Below are positions 43,999-58,438 of a stretch of 64,000 bases of DNA, piece by piece. The notes under the pieces are model-generated. The model ran no database searches, was not told where the DNA came from, and saw only the letters and a program-made list of their open reading frames with translations. A program made the translations under genes and the position numbers. The DNA comes from an uncultured delta proteobacterium. GTDB taxonomy: Bacteria > Desulfobacterota > Desulfomonilia > UBA1062. Position 1 is the stretch's first letter; each line of letters opens with the position of its first letter. The DNA is taken from NCBI GenBank assembly GCA_963785235.1, contig CAWAUM010000010.1:214521-278520 (forward strand). The letters run 5' to 3'.

Positions 43999-46900
43999 AT
44001 GGCTAGCGAAACAATGCAGACTGCGATTGCCGATCAGCGGGCGGCTTTTCACGGGCTCCTACGCGGCGCGGCGGCTGTCGCAGCGCTATGGCTGGCCTCA
44101 GTAGCAATTTGCCGCGCCGGCGCCGCCGGACTTTGATCGCGACATCCGCCCGATCCTCTCCGACAAGTGCTTCTTCTGCCACGGCCCCGACGCCGAACGC
44201 CGCGAAGCTGGATTGCGTCTCGATACCCGTGCGGTGCGATCGAGTCGGTCGGTCGTTCCGGGCGATCCCGACGCCAGCGAATCGATCGCTCGCATCACCA
44301 GCGACGACGATTCGATGCGGATGCCTCCGGTCGAATCGAATCTCACCCTGACGGAGCAGGAGAAGAAGCTACTCAGCGATTGGATTGCCGACGGCGCCAA
44401 GTACACCGAGCATTGGGCGTTTCGCCAACTGCCGGCGGAAATCTCTGTACCCGAAGTCAAGCGAGGCGATTGGCCGCAAGGCGAGATTGATCGCTTCGTG
44501 CTGGCGCGGCTCGAAGCCGAGGAGCTTTCGCCTGCAGATCGGGCGGCGCCGCTGCGATTGCTCCGGCGATTGTCGCTCGACCTGACGGGATTGCCGCCGA
44601 CCGTAGACGAGGTGCGTCGCTTTGAAGCAGAGGCCGCAAATGATCTTGATGCGGCGCTCGCGGCCGCCTCGACCGACTCCTCGCCAGCCCCGCCTTCGGC
44701 GAACACCTGGCAGTCGCCTGGCTCGACGCCGCCCGCTACGCCGACTCCTACGGCTACCAATCGGATCAACTCAACACGCAGTGGCCCTACCGCGACTGGG
44801 TCGTGCGAGCGTTCAACGAGAACTTGCCGTACGACCAATTCCTCACGTGGCAACTAGCCGGCGACTTGCTGGAGAATCCGACGCGAGATCAGATCCTGGC
44901 GACGGCGTTCAATCGACTGCACCGCATGACGAACGAAGGGGGCTCGATCGCCGAGGAATGGCTGGCCGAGAATGCGGCCGATCGCGTCCACACCTTCGGC
45001 ACGGCGATGTTGGGGCTCACGCTGGAGTGCGCCCGCTGCCACGATCACAAGTACGATCCGATTCTCACTCGCGACTACTATTCGCTTATCGGCGTTCTTC
45101 AATTCGATCGACGAGAACGGCATGTACGACCATCCGGCAAAGGTGCCGTCGCCTTCGTTGCTCTTGCCGACGGAAGAGCAAGAGCAGCGGCTGGTCGCGG
45201 CTCGCCAGGCCATGGAGCAGGCTGAAGAAGCATTGGCTGCGGCGCAAGAATCGGCGACGACGCGATTTGCCGAATGGTTGCAAAAGCATTCGATTCCCAC
45301 TAGCAATACTTCACCGCAGTCGGATTCTTCCAGCGGAACCGAAGGAATCGAGCAAAGCGAGATTCCCGATCTAGTCGCCCGCTTCACCTTCGACGGCGAT
45401 CCCGCCAAGATTGCGAATGAAGTCGCCCGGCAGCGAACTGTCGGCAACGCCAACGGACTCCCCAGCGTCGACGGCCACGGGGGCAGGCGATTCGCTGCGA
45501 CGGCGACCATCGCGATCGAATTTCCGGGATTACTGAACGTCGATCGCTGGGACGCGTTTACCGTCGACTTCTGGATGCGCGACACCGTCGCCAACGAACA
45601 GCCGTCGGTCATCTTGCAACAGACGTTCGGCACCGACGTCGGCTACAACGGTTTCGATCTGATCTTGCGGGCGGCGTCTTCGATCCAGGCTTTACCGCGT
45701 CTGGCCCGGCAACGCGATCGGCGTTCGCGCCGACGCGCCGCTCGCACCTGGCGAATGGCAGCATGTCGCGGTGACGTACGACGGCTCCAGCCGCGCTGCC
45801 GGCCTCCGCATCTACGTCAACGGCGCATGAGGCGTCGACGACCATCGACCGAGACAAGGTGGAGAAGAGCGCATCCTTCGCAATGACGGCAGCGGCCACT
45901 TCATTCTCGGCGAGCGGTTCCGCGACCGCGGGTTCAAGGAGGCGAGTTCGACGAATTGCGCGTCTACGATCGCGCGCTGACGCCACTGGAAATCGAGCAA
46001 CTTCACGCACTTCAATCGAGGCGACAGTTGCCGTCTCCGTGTCAGACGAAACCGATCGGCTGTTCGAGACTCTACTTCTCCGCATACGACGCCCCCGCGC
46101 GCGAAGCGGCCGCCGCGCTCCGCGTCGCCCGCCAGCAGTTCGTCGCCGCCGAAGAGGCGATGCAAGAAGTGCAGCGTGATGGGCGAACTGCCCGAGCCGC
46201 GGCCGACCTATATCCTCCCGCGCGGGGCCTACGACGCCCCGAAGACGCGACGCGAACCGCGTCGGCCGCGACACGTTCGCCAAGATGCTCCCGCCGTTCC
46301 CCGCAGACGCCCCGCGCAATCGCCTCGGCCTGGCCCGCTGGCTCACCGCCCCCGACCATCCGCTCACGGCCCGCGTCTTCGTCAACCGGCTGTGGGCCAA
46401 CTTCTTCGGCCGCGGCCTCGTCGCCACGCCCGAGAACTTCGGCCGCCAAGGCGCGGCGCCCACGCCATCCCGAACTGCTCGACTGGCTCGCCCGCGACTT
46501 CATCGACCACGGCTGGGACATCAAACGCCTCTGCCGCCAGATCGTCGCTTCCGCAACCTACCGGCAGGACTCCCGCTGCCAGCCAGGAACTCCGCGAGCG
46601 CGACCCCGAGAACCAGCTGCTCGCCCGCGGCCCCAGCCGCCGCCTCTCCGCCGAACAGATTCGCGACCTCGCGCTCGCCGCGTCGGGGCTGCTCGATCGA
46701 ACACGCATGGGCGGCCCGCCTGTCTCGCCCTACCAACCGGGCGGCGACCTGTGGCGCGAAGCGAACACGATGTCGCCCGCTTACACGCAGTCGACCGGCG
46801 AAGGCCTCCACCGCCGCTCGCTCTACTCCGTCTGGAAGCGGACCGCGCCGCTGCCGAACATGCTCGCCTTCGACGCCGCCGTCGCGCGAAGTCTGCACGG

Positions 46901-47273
46901 TCGGCCGCGGCCGCACGAACACGCCGCTGCAGGCGCTGGTGCTGCTGAACGACGTCCAGTTCGTCGAAGCGGCCCGCGCCCTGGCGTCCGCCGTGGCGAA
47001 GCGAGCACGCCGACTCCGCCGGACGCAAATCGACCGAAGCCTTCCTGCGCCTCGCCGGCCGCCAGCCCGACGCAGCCAGAGCTGACGCTGCTGGTCGAGC
47101 TCTACCAAGAACAACTCGCCATCTTCGACGACAAGCCGGAGCAGAAGCCGCCGCCAAGTTCCTCGCCATCGGCGAAACGCCGCTCGACGACTCGCTCCCC
47201 GCCGCCGACCTCGCCGCGCTGACCGTCGCCTGCCAGGCGATCCTCAATCTCGACGCCACCATCTACGAACTAG
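43999..47273 (+). CDS. Planctomycete cytochrome c / DUF1549 (PSD2) / LamG / DUF1553 (PSD1) protein (heavily frameshifted)
   Basis: [52 protein letters not shown]...[22 protein letters not shown] and TNTPLQAL motifs. Confidence 0.9.
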
Positions 47274-47292
47274 CTGAGGCAACCGACTATGA

Positions 47293-48783
<1,491 letters not shown>

Positions 48784-48808
48784 CGGGGTCATGGTTTCTA
48801 AGTGGTGA

Positions 48809-48820
48809 CGCAACATTGCA
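48809..48820. promoter_or_regulatory. Putative LacI operator
   Basis: CGCAACATTGCA in the intergenic region upstream of the large PEP-CTERM gene. Confidence 0.4.
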
Positions 48821-49274
48821 CGATTGCCATCGCTATCACCATGACTAACCGCGCATAAGTTGTGAAACAATTGCCGCTCGTGGTCGCTGAAGATGGCGAC
48901 GTCGCACGATCGGCGCTGCGAGAGTTTCACGACTTTCCTCGAGAAGAGAATATTGGAAAAAGAATCGACAAGTTAGTGGCGCGGCAAACAACAGGCGGCC
49001 AGTAATGCAAGAAGAGTCGATGACTTGGCTTGCCGCATCGGAACGCAATTTTGCATCCATCTCGCACGCTGCGATTGAACTTTCGTAACGCTTAGGCGTC
49101 GCGTCAATCGCCGTCACTCTTGCCGCCGACTTCCCGCTTCTTGCGGCGTTAGATCGCGGCCTCGATTCCCAACACATTGCCATACGTCGGGCGTTCGGCA
49201 AACGCGCCCCCGACGTGATACAAATACTTTGCCTACGAGACGCCTAATCGCGTCGAATCCTCAGGACTCTCCCT

Positions 49275-52200
49275 ATGAATCGCACCTTATCGTGGGCCAT
49301 TGCCATGTCGGCGGCGCTGTTGCGCCCGTCGCGTCTGCGCAACTCGTGAACAACGAATGGAACGCCGGCAACGGCAATTGGAACGTCCAAGGAAACTGGT
49401 TTCCGTTCGGCGTCCCCGACAACGGCGCCGATGGCTTCGACTACAACGTTCTCATCGGCAATCGCGCCGTGGCGGCGAACGCCGTCGTCACATTCATTCC
49501 GCGACGGGACGAGCGATACCGTCTCGTCGCTCGCACTGTCCAACGGGGCGGACTTCCTAACGAACGGCAATCGGCTGATCGTGCTTGGCCAAGCGACGGT
49601 CGACGGTCTCAACAGCACGCTTCGCATTGATCCTAACGCCGCGTCAGGCGCCATATCATTTCAGGCGACTAACCTTGTTATCCGCAACAACGCCAAAATG
49701 ACGATGAACGGCGGCGTCATCTACAGTCCGACCATCGACGTCGCCTCCAACGCGACGGTGCAGGGGGGAGGGCTCATTATTTTCGGCGACGCCGATACGA
49801 TCTTCGAGGATGCTTATGACAACTCCGGAGCGATCATCGTCGGCCTTGGTGGAACGGAGAACAACTCGCTGACCCTGCAAACCAACGGCATCGACTACAT
49901 CGATCTGGATGGCGACAACGAACATGGATTCGTCGACGTCTCGAACAACGTCGACGACCTGGTCGCCGATACGTTGACGCTCATTATCGACGCTCCGCTG
50001 GAGGATGGCTTCAGCGGCACGCTACAGATTGGCAGCCGCGATACAGTCAACTTCAAACAACGGCTCCTCCTGACCGGAGCCACCGTCCAACTCGACGGCG
50101 GCGATCACGTCGCGAGCCTGATCAATGGTCCGGAAACTGGCATCGTCGACGCCTCGACGTTCACCGTTAACGGCGACGCGTTCCTTGGCGGGCCGATTCT
50201 CATCGGCAATTCCAACTTCACAGTGAGCGAGTCCTCGTCGCTCACCTTGGCGGGAAGCATCTGGATCGACAAGGGCCTGATCCTCTTGCAGAACAACAGC
50301 GAGTTGGTTGTTACTGAGAGCGCAACGATCACTAACACCGGAGATTTCAACTGGGACGGCACAGTCGGCAACGCAACGACCACCATTCGCGGCAACGGCT
50401 CGCTGACGATCGGCGTCGATGAGGTCGACGTCAGCAGCAACGATTTCAGCGGCACGCTCAACCTCGTCGACAATGGCAAGGCGATCGTCAACGTCACTTC
50501 CGACACGTGGACGATCTCTGGAACCCTCAACAAGACGGCTGCAGGGACATCCAGCATTGCCGGCGACGCCCTCGACCTTCGCGGTGCGGTCAACGTCAGC
50601 AACGGCACGTTGGCATTGCCCAAAACAATCCTCTCTCCGGGTGCCGTGGTGAACGTCGCCTCCGACGGCGTTCTTGAGCTCGGCGACGCTTCCCGACTCA
50701 CATCGCCAACTTCCGTCGCCGGCGCCGGCATGCTCCGCATGACTGCCGGCTCCACGGTGGCCGCGAACACGACCATCGACGTGGCGACGTTCGATTGGGA
50801 TGGAACAGGCACGGTTCGCTCCACACGGTTGGCAACTCAATGACGTTCACGATCAACTCGCCTGCGTTCGACGACGACGGCGACATGGACGACCGGATCA
50901 TTCTCGGCGGCCGCGGAGCACAACTTATCGTCAACGGCCCTACCGAGTGGACGATGAACGGCATCTTCTCAGCCGGCATCGGGGCTGGCGGGAACACCGG
51001 CACGTCGACCATCGGCGGAACTTCGCGCATGATCGTCGGCAATAGACTGAACGTGGACGGCGACGTCATCATCACCGCCCCGGTCACTTTCGGCGATGGC
51101 TCATTGATCGTGACCGGCACGGGAACGAGACTGAACGTCATCGGAGAAGCCTCCTACGGGTCCACGACCATCGGCGGCGGCAGCGGAGGCAACAGCGGCG
51201 TATTCGATCCAGCGGCGCTCAACGACGTCTTCGGCACCGCGACGATCAGGGACATCAATTTCGATTTCGACGGCGGCGACTGGAACGTCCGGGCCGGCGG
51301 CCAATTGAAAGTTGTCAACGTGAGAGACTACGACCTTTTCGAACCGACGAACGGATTCGACCGGACCATTAGCGTCACCGACGGCGACGTATTCGTCGAT
51401 ACGCTCGATCCCCGATTCGTCATGAACGGAACGCTGGCGCTCACGTCAACGATAGACGGGCAGACCGTTGATTGGGAAGGAGACGCGGTCGATATTGGCG
51501 ACGACATAGGAGTGCTCGACGCCAAGGTGATTGTGACCGGCACGCAGGTCACGATTTATGACCGACGTTACCTTCCACGCCGACGCCGACGTCAGCGTGG
51601 CGGCGGGCGCTACGCTCGCTTTTGAAAATCACGTGCTGTTTAACGCATTTGGGCCGTCCGGTAGTTCGCAGTTTCGCGGCGCGGGAACCCTGTTATTTCA
51701 ACATACAGCCACGTTCATCGACCCGGTGACGTTCGACATGATCGGGGGAACCATCGATCTCGACGGCGACGACGCAACAGGCAACACCATCACCGTCACG
51801 GCGCCGGTGACAATTAACGCCGCCGTATTCAGTGACTTTGGCAGAGCCAACGCGATGGGCGGCGTCAATATCATCGACGTCAACAACGATTTCGGTTTTG
51901 GCGCGCTGACGATCAATCTTGACAGCCCAACAGCCAATTGGACGTTGAACCAAGAGGGCGAGCTCAACCTCGTCAACGGCAAGGATCGCAACACGCTATT
52001 GTCGGGGAGCGACGTCGTACTAAACGGCGACCTCAATGTTTCCGGCGACATACAAATCGACGCCCGCCTTCATGTTACCGGGGCTGTTCATGTCAGCACC
52101 CCCGGAGAGCCTCTCCAGCTGAATGGCGGCGACCAAGGCTTCGTTCCCAACAGAATTGCCGGCGGCGTCGTCTCTGGCGTAGGCCTACTGGGCGCCAACG

Positions 52201-53626
52201 CCGATAGGGCTCTGTATGGCTTCGGCACGATCAACACGGGAGTCGATTTCGACGAAACCGCCATCCTCCGCGCCGACGACGGCATGCTCACGATCAATGG
52301 TCAAATCCTCGACGTCGGCCAGATCGGCACCGAGGATCAGGACGGTATTCTCAACATTTCGAATCCGTGGAATTCGAACGTCGCTCGACTTCAGTCGCCT
52401 CAAAGGCGGCGAACTTCGCGGCGGCGCGCTCACCGTTGGCAACGCCGAAGGTATTGTCGGATTCGGTCTGGTTTCTGCGAAGATCATCAACAACGCGAGA
52501 GTGGCGGCGCGTGGCGGAGCGTTAATCTTAGAAACGTCCGCCAACGACAACGACTGGGACGGCGCTGCCAACATCGGGATGCTCATCGCCACGTCAGGCG
52601 ACACTCTGGAGCTGCGCGACAACGCGAACTTCAGCTTCGGCGGCGCCGTGTCTGCCAGCGACGGAGGGCGCGTCTTTACCAATGGCTTTGCGTTCGGCCT
52701 GGGAGCAGGTTCGACGCTCGCGCTCTCGACAACGGAACCTTCCAATCAACGCACACCACCAGCCTCGGCGGCAATATGAATGTCGCCGGCGCATCGGCAG
52801 TGACGATCGAGGACGGCGAACTACTTTTCAAGCAGGGAAGTATCACGAACATAGCCGGCGAACTGACGCTGCCGCTAACCAGAACGGTGGTCGAGGCAGG
52901 AGCGACGTTTGCGGGAGTCGGTTCGCTCAAAGCGTCTTCCGGCAGCGATCTTTCCGTGAATGCGAACGCCGTCGTCGATGTCCTGGTCGATAATCAAGGA
53001 TCATTTCTGCCCGCAGGAAACGAGGCGATCGGCAGAGTAACGCTCGGCGAATTCCAGCAGTCGGCAACGGGCAGCCTGACACTCGAACTCGCGGGCATCG
53101 GACTGAATCAATTCGATCGACTGACCGTCGCTGGGGGGGCTACTCGGCGGACGGCTGAATATTGACGTCGACGGCGGTTTTATCCCGACGCTGGGGCAGA
53201 CGTTCAACGTCTTGACGGCAGCCGACGGCATCTCGGGAACATTCAGTTCCGTTCAACTCACCGATATGCCCGCTGGACTATCGTTCCAACTGAATTACTT
53301 GCCGACGATCGTTCAGTTGAAGGTCGTCTCCGGACCTTCGTTCACGGCCGACTTCGATCGCGACGGCGACGTCGACGGGGACGACTTAGCGGTCTGGAGG
53401 CCATCGTACGGCGTCGGAGCCGGCGGAGATGCCGACGGCGACGGCGATACCGATGGCAGCGACTTTCTGATGGCAGCGTCAATCGGAATCGGGCAGTCTT
53501 ATCGTCAACTTACCGTCGCAGCTATCGGCGGCGCCAGAGCCTGGCGCCGCGGCTCTATCGGCGCTCGCAGCAATCATTGTTTTGGCTCAACGGCGGCGAG
53601 CGTTGTCGGATGAACACAGTTCCTAG
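49275..53626 (+). CDS. Large (~1400 aa) beta-strand-repeat surface protein with dockerin-like repeats and a PEP-CTERM-like tail (frameshifted)
   Basis: Signal peptide; WN-GNGNW--GNW start; G/T/N/D-rich beta-helix-like body; FDRLTV-G; ADFDRDGDVDGDD; APEPG + TM helix + RRR. Confidence 0.82.
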
Positions 53627-53756
53627 AACTCGTCGAGTCTCAGCTAAAATCAGCGGTTCACCAACCCGCGGAAACTTGCTTTTGGCCGCGGTTGAATATC
53701 TCGCCTCCGGCCGCCGGCGGGACGCGACGTTGCTTCCATGAGAGGTCATCCGCCGC

Positions 53757-54870
53757 TTAGTTCGTCATGCTCACCGGCAGTTCATCCTGCGACAGGTTGA
53801 GGCGTTGCCAGACGCCGAACGTATCGGGATAGCCAGAGTCATACTCGAAGACCGGAGGCGTGACGCCCGTTTCCACGTAGTTGTCGATAAAATGCACGCT
53901 GGCGTCTGCCATGGCGACGTTTACGCCGCCTGGGTGCTGGCTACGAGTCCCCGCCTGATTGCTGGCGCCATACTCGTACGGGTACATGCATTCCATCTTC
54001 AGCGCTCGGACGCCAACAGCGGCAATGATCGCCTCCGCGTTGTTAATGTCGTCATCGCCGGGAGTGCAGCTGTTCGGCGACAGGATGAGATGGCTTGCAT
54101 GCAGACACAAGACGCTCGATCCGCAAGCGCCAAGGGCCCAGGCGCCGCGTGAGTCGACCGTCGCCAGTCCGGCGCGGATCTCGCCAATCATGATTGTATT
54201 CGACGATCCGTCCGTGACGTCGCCTGAACGCAGCGCCGCATTGATGCCGGCGATCCCCTTGCGCAGGAATCTGCGCGTTCCAGCCCATCGTAGGGTGATT
54301 GTAGAAGGCGGGCGCCATCTGAAAACCGTTGATCGCGTAATTCCCGCGAGCCCAGCCGTCGCCGGTCGTCGCGTCGCTGAAAGGCTCGTTGACGTAGTCG
54401 CTCCCGCAACGCATTACCGAGAGTTCCGCGCTGCGCACAGCTCGATTGCGATCGTCGCTCAGATAGACCGGCTGCGAAGGATCACTAGGATTCTTGGTGA
54501 CGAGCGTCGCATAGGTCGAGGCCTGTTCCAGATAAGGAAGAATCATCACGGCCCAGTTCGGCATCAGCGTTTGCAATGTCGTCGGGCGACCATTGTCCTC
54601 GCCGACGTCGTCTTTCGGATGAAGACTGATCGCTGCGGGAAATCGCTGCTTGGCGTCGTGATAGTTAATCAGCGCGATGGCCACGTTGCGGCAGTTGTTC
54701 GTGCATTGCGAGCGGCGCGAGCTTTCGCGCGCCGCCTGCACCGCCGGCAGCAACAGCGAGACCAGCACGCCGATGATGGCGATGACGACCAGAAGTTCGA
54801 CAAGCGTGAAACCACAACGGCCGCCAATTGACGATTGCCATAAGCAAGACGAGTAGCGAGAGCGCTTCAT
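53757..54870 (-). CDS. DUF1559 protein (prepilin-type N-terminus, H-X9-DG motif), frameshift near 54260
   Basis: [37 protein letters not shown] and [18 protein letters not shown] motifs. Confidence 0.95.
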
Positions 54871-54941
54871 GGGTATTCACCGTGAAAAAAGAGAGTCGTG
54901 GTGCGCGTTAAGGCGGGGCGGACGCTCGGACAGGGGCGATT

Positions 54942-55430
54942 TTACTTACGCGCCGAGCCAGAGCTCAGCGCGTCTTGTTCAGCGGGCGCCTGCTGAGGCA
55001 CGTTGTCGGGCTTCTTGATTTTGATTTCAAACGGCGAGTCCTCCGAATCGACTTCTAGCGGCGTCGTGCCAGGATTCGAGTATTCGCGCGGAACGAATCG
55101 CTCCGGTTGCTTGCCTTCGTAAATAATCGACACCTTGTTCTTTCCAGGAACGATTCCGTCGTCGTACCGCAGGCTCGAGACCACGGGAAAATACCCTTGA
55201 TCATCCGGCAGCGCGCTGGCTGGACGCGGAAACCGTTTGCCGTCGACAGGAGGCTGCTGTGAGGTGAAGATTACCCGCACGCGAACCGGAATCAACGAGC
55301 CGTCCTCGTACGTCACTTTGCCTGAGACAGGGACGTAGTCAAACGGCTCGCTGGAGCCACACCCTGCCAAGGCGAACCAGGCTACCGCCAAGCATTTCGA
55401 GAGCGTTCGATCGACCCTCATCTTGTTCAC
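54942..55430 (-). CDS. DUF1559-associated lipoprotein (carboxypeptidase regulatory-like fold)
   Basis: LAGC lipobox; VPVSGKVTYEDG, GIVPG--KV and VP--YS---TTPL pattern. Confidence 0.85.
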   Translation of the reverse strand: MNKMRVDRTLSKCLAVAWFALAGCGSSEPFDYVPVSGKVTYEDGSLIPVRVRVIFTSQQPPVDGKRFPRPASALPDDQGYFPVVSSLRYDDGIVPGKNKVSIIYEGKQPERFVPREYSNPGTTPLEVDSEDSPFEIKIKKPDNVPQQAPAEQDALSSGSARK

Positions 55431-55446
55431 TCCTTCAGTCGATGAG

Positions 55447-55482
55447 ACTGACCAACGCCGCTGCCCCGCGACGTTGGTCAGT
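55447..55482. other. Intergenic stem-loop
   Basis: ACTGACCAACG...CGTTGGTCAGT, 11-bp stem with no U-tract. Confidence 0.5.
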
Positions 55483-55506
55483 GTTCACCGGAGACGTGCG
55501 GCAATC

Positions 55507-57017
55507 CTATTGCTTGGATCGCTTTCTGGCGAAATACAGAATTGAACCTGCTACGACTAACAGACTGCCGGCAGCCGGCTCGGGGATCGCCGCAGCCGCT
55601 CCGCTGGTCAGGTTACGTTGCCACACCAGGAAATCCGCGCCATCGACGTCCTGGTCGCCGTCGGCGTCTCCATCCCCGCCGCCGCGTCAACCGTAGCTCC
55701 GACATGCTCCTTCCAAATCGCCAGGTCGTCACCATTGACGGCGCCGTCATTGTTGAAGTCGCCTGCGATCGCCGGTACCGCGGTCAATTCGAAGCCGTTG
55801 ATCCGCGCTCCCCGCCCGCTCAAGAACCCTCCGAAAACATCCAAGCTGGCGTCTGAGGCCTTCACCCGCAGCAATACGTACTTGCTGGGATCGTCGACGT
55901 CGCTCGGTACCGGCGTGCGAACCATCGTGACGTCGCCTGAATTTCCAGTCGGATCGTCCGTCGGACTCCAGCGAATTTCAGTCGCCGCCGTCGCCGGATC
56001 GTGCGACCAAATCTTCAAATCGTATTCCTGCTCCGGCGTGACGCCGTCAATCGTCAGCTTCAGACCGTCGCCGGCAATGGTGGAATTCGTGCCGAAGTAG
56101 TCTCGATAGAATGCGTGGCGCGGGCGGGGTGAGAACGTCGGCATCCTTGCTCTCTCATCGGCGTATTGTAGAAGCCGGCTTCTGCAAGGTATTGCCCCAC
56201 CGCCTCGACTGTCACCGTGTAGGCGCCAACGACTTCGGTATGGGAAACGACGAGCCCAGGGTCGCCGACCACTCCGACAAAACCTGTCTGCGCGTTGCCG
56301 GCAACAGCTCCTTCGCCCAAGTCGACCGAGAGAACGTCGTTCGTCCCATCGTTCAGCTTGAACCCGTTTAAAACGGCTCCGCGAACTCCGACTGAGCCGA
56401 CTTTGACCGTCCCAAAGACGTCGAGTACGCCCGTCGAAGTGCTGACCTGCAGGGCGCCGCTGTAGAGCCGGATCAAACACGGAAGTCGGCACCGGCGTAC
56501 GAATCAAGTTTATCGCCGCCGAAGTACCCGTCGTGTCGCTGCCCGCCGCGGGACTCCAATCGATGATTGTGATGGCGGCGACGTTCGCTGACGCATCAGG
56601 ATAAAACTTGCCACACGTCAGCGTATACGGTTGGTTCGGCGTAAGGCCCGACAACCTCAGACTAATCCCCTCGCCGTTGACCGGCGAGCGATTGTAGTAG
56701 TAACCGCGATAGAAATCGCGAATGCTTGCATCAGTGTCGTCAATTCGTCCCGCGATCTTGTTGATAAATCCACGATTGGCGGAAACTCCCGTTTGAGTAT
56801 TGTTCGCGCTCAACTCAACGGTGTACGGACCGATCGTCGACGTGGTGACTGCGTCGGCAGTCCCACACATCCCGTCAAATCCGGGTTGAATTGTACTATT
56901 AGGCAGCTCGACCTCCGAAAATCGACTGCTCAAAAGCGGCGCTCCGAGGCTGCGACGGAAGTCGCGACGCACAACTGGCAATAGACGCCAGCGCAAAGAA
57001 AACAAACGATGCTTCAT
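55507..57017 (-). CDS. PEP-CTERM surface protein with a tandemly duplicated domain and dockerin-like repeats (frameshifted)
   Basis: GAGGAG RBS, MKHRLF start; GDFNNDGAVNGDDLAIW; IPEPAAGSLLVVAGSILYFARKRSKQ*. Confidence 0.85.
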
Positions 57018-57147
57018 CAGAATACTCCTCAACGACAAAAGGTGAAAAACCCACTCCCTGACGCGGGGAGCGTCAGAGTGTGCGCGGAGGTCGATCAAAT
57101 CACTCAAATACACAAGCGGAAAAGACAAACATAAGAGTCGCATCGCC

Positions 57148-58260
57148 TCAACGCCATCCCGTGACGTCGGCGCGCGATTTCGTCAAATTACAAACAGATT
57201 CACCCGGCACGAGAGTCGGCCTGACGACAATCTGCCGGGCAAAATGCGCTTGATCGTGGAAATGCCCATTCTTCGTTCGGAAAACTGCTCTCCTAATTGC
57301 CTCGCGGCGAGTTCTCCGATACTGCGGGCGTGGATGTCGAACGTCGCTAGATGCGGATAGGGGACTGCAAGCAGGCCTGGCGTATTGTTGCCGCCGACCA
57401 CGCTGATGTCGCCGCCGAACTGGCAAGCCCGCGCACTTCCGAGGCACAGTAAACTAATCCCGCGACGCTGTCGGCCGACGTAAAGATCGCCGTCGGACGC
57501 GGCTTGCTAGCCAGCAATTGATCGGTAAGCGTCTGCACCGTGTCAAAGACCGATGTCGGAGCTTGCAGCGGCAGCGGCCAGCCGGTCGGCGGCGACTGAC
57601 AAAACGAGCGATTTAACTCCCAGACGACGGGCCGCGGAATAAAACCCATCCTCCCGGCGAAAAAGAGACAGTTCTCGGAACGTGATTCAAGAAGCTAACT
57701 GCCGATGACCGTTCGCCACTAAGTGCTCTGCAGCACCGACGCCGACCGCAAAGTCGTCGGCCACGACGGCATCGCCCAGCGCCTGGCGGTTGTCCGATGA
57801 TCCAGACCGACGGCACGTCTTCAGCTGCTTCACGGCAGGGGTATCGATGGCGTCGCCAAACTGCTTCACCATCGCCCCGGTCAGAATCAAGCCATCCAGC
57901 CGCGCGATTCGCAAATCATTCGGCAACCGAGACAGGTCCGGCATATGAATGAGGCGAACATTGGCCCCTGCTTCGATCAATGATTCTTCGGCGCCTTGAA
58001 ATGCCGCGCTCAGCACCGGCATGGCAACCAGGGACCGATCGAGTCCCAGCGAAACGATCGCAATCTCACGACCAGCCAGGTAACTGCTGGCGGGGGTGGC
58101 CGCCGGTGCGAACGAACGGGGTTGTACCGCAACTCTCCCGCAATTTTGCGGACTTTTGCTGAGGTTTCTTCGCTGATAGCCGGGTGGCCATTGACGCGCG
58201 GCTCGTCGTACTGATCGAGAGCTTGGCACGTTCGGCGACTTCTTTCAGCGTCACTCGCAT
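57148..58260 (-). CDS. LacI family transcriptional regulator, paralog 2 (frameshifted)
   Basis: MRVTLKEVAERAKLSISTTSRA HTH; AGREIAIVSLGLDRSL, GDAVVADDFAVG and RPTAIFTSADS, all closely matching paralog 1. Confidence 0.88.
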
Positions 58261-58288
58261 GAACACAACTTAACTTGGCTGACAATAA

Positions 58289-58328
58289 ATTGCAGCAAAA
58301 TTTTGACGGCTAAGAATGCAACTTTGCA
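58289..58328. promoter_or_regulatory. Putative LacI operator pair upstream of paralog 2
   Basis: TGCAACTTTGCA (58317-58328) and TTGCAGCAA (58290-58298), with the same 18-bp spacing as upstream of paralog 1. Confidence 0.62.
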
Positions 58329-58438
58329 GGGCCAGAAAACCTGCGTTTCAAGCGAAAAACTCAATTGGGCGGACGGCTCTCGTAATGCTTGGCGTGGTTC
58401 GTCACGCCCTATCCCAGCGGCATTGGTCGGAAGCTTCG

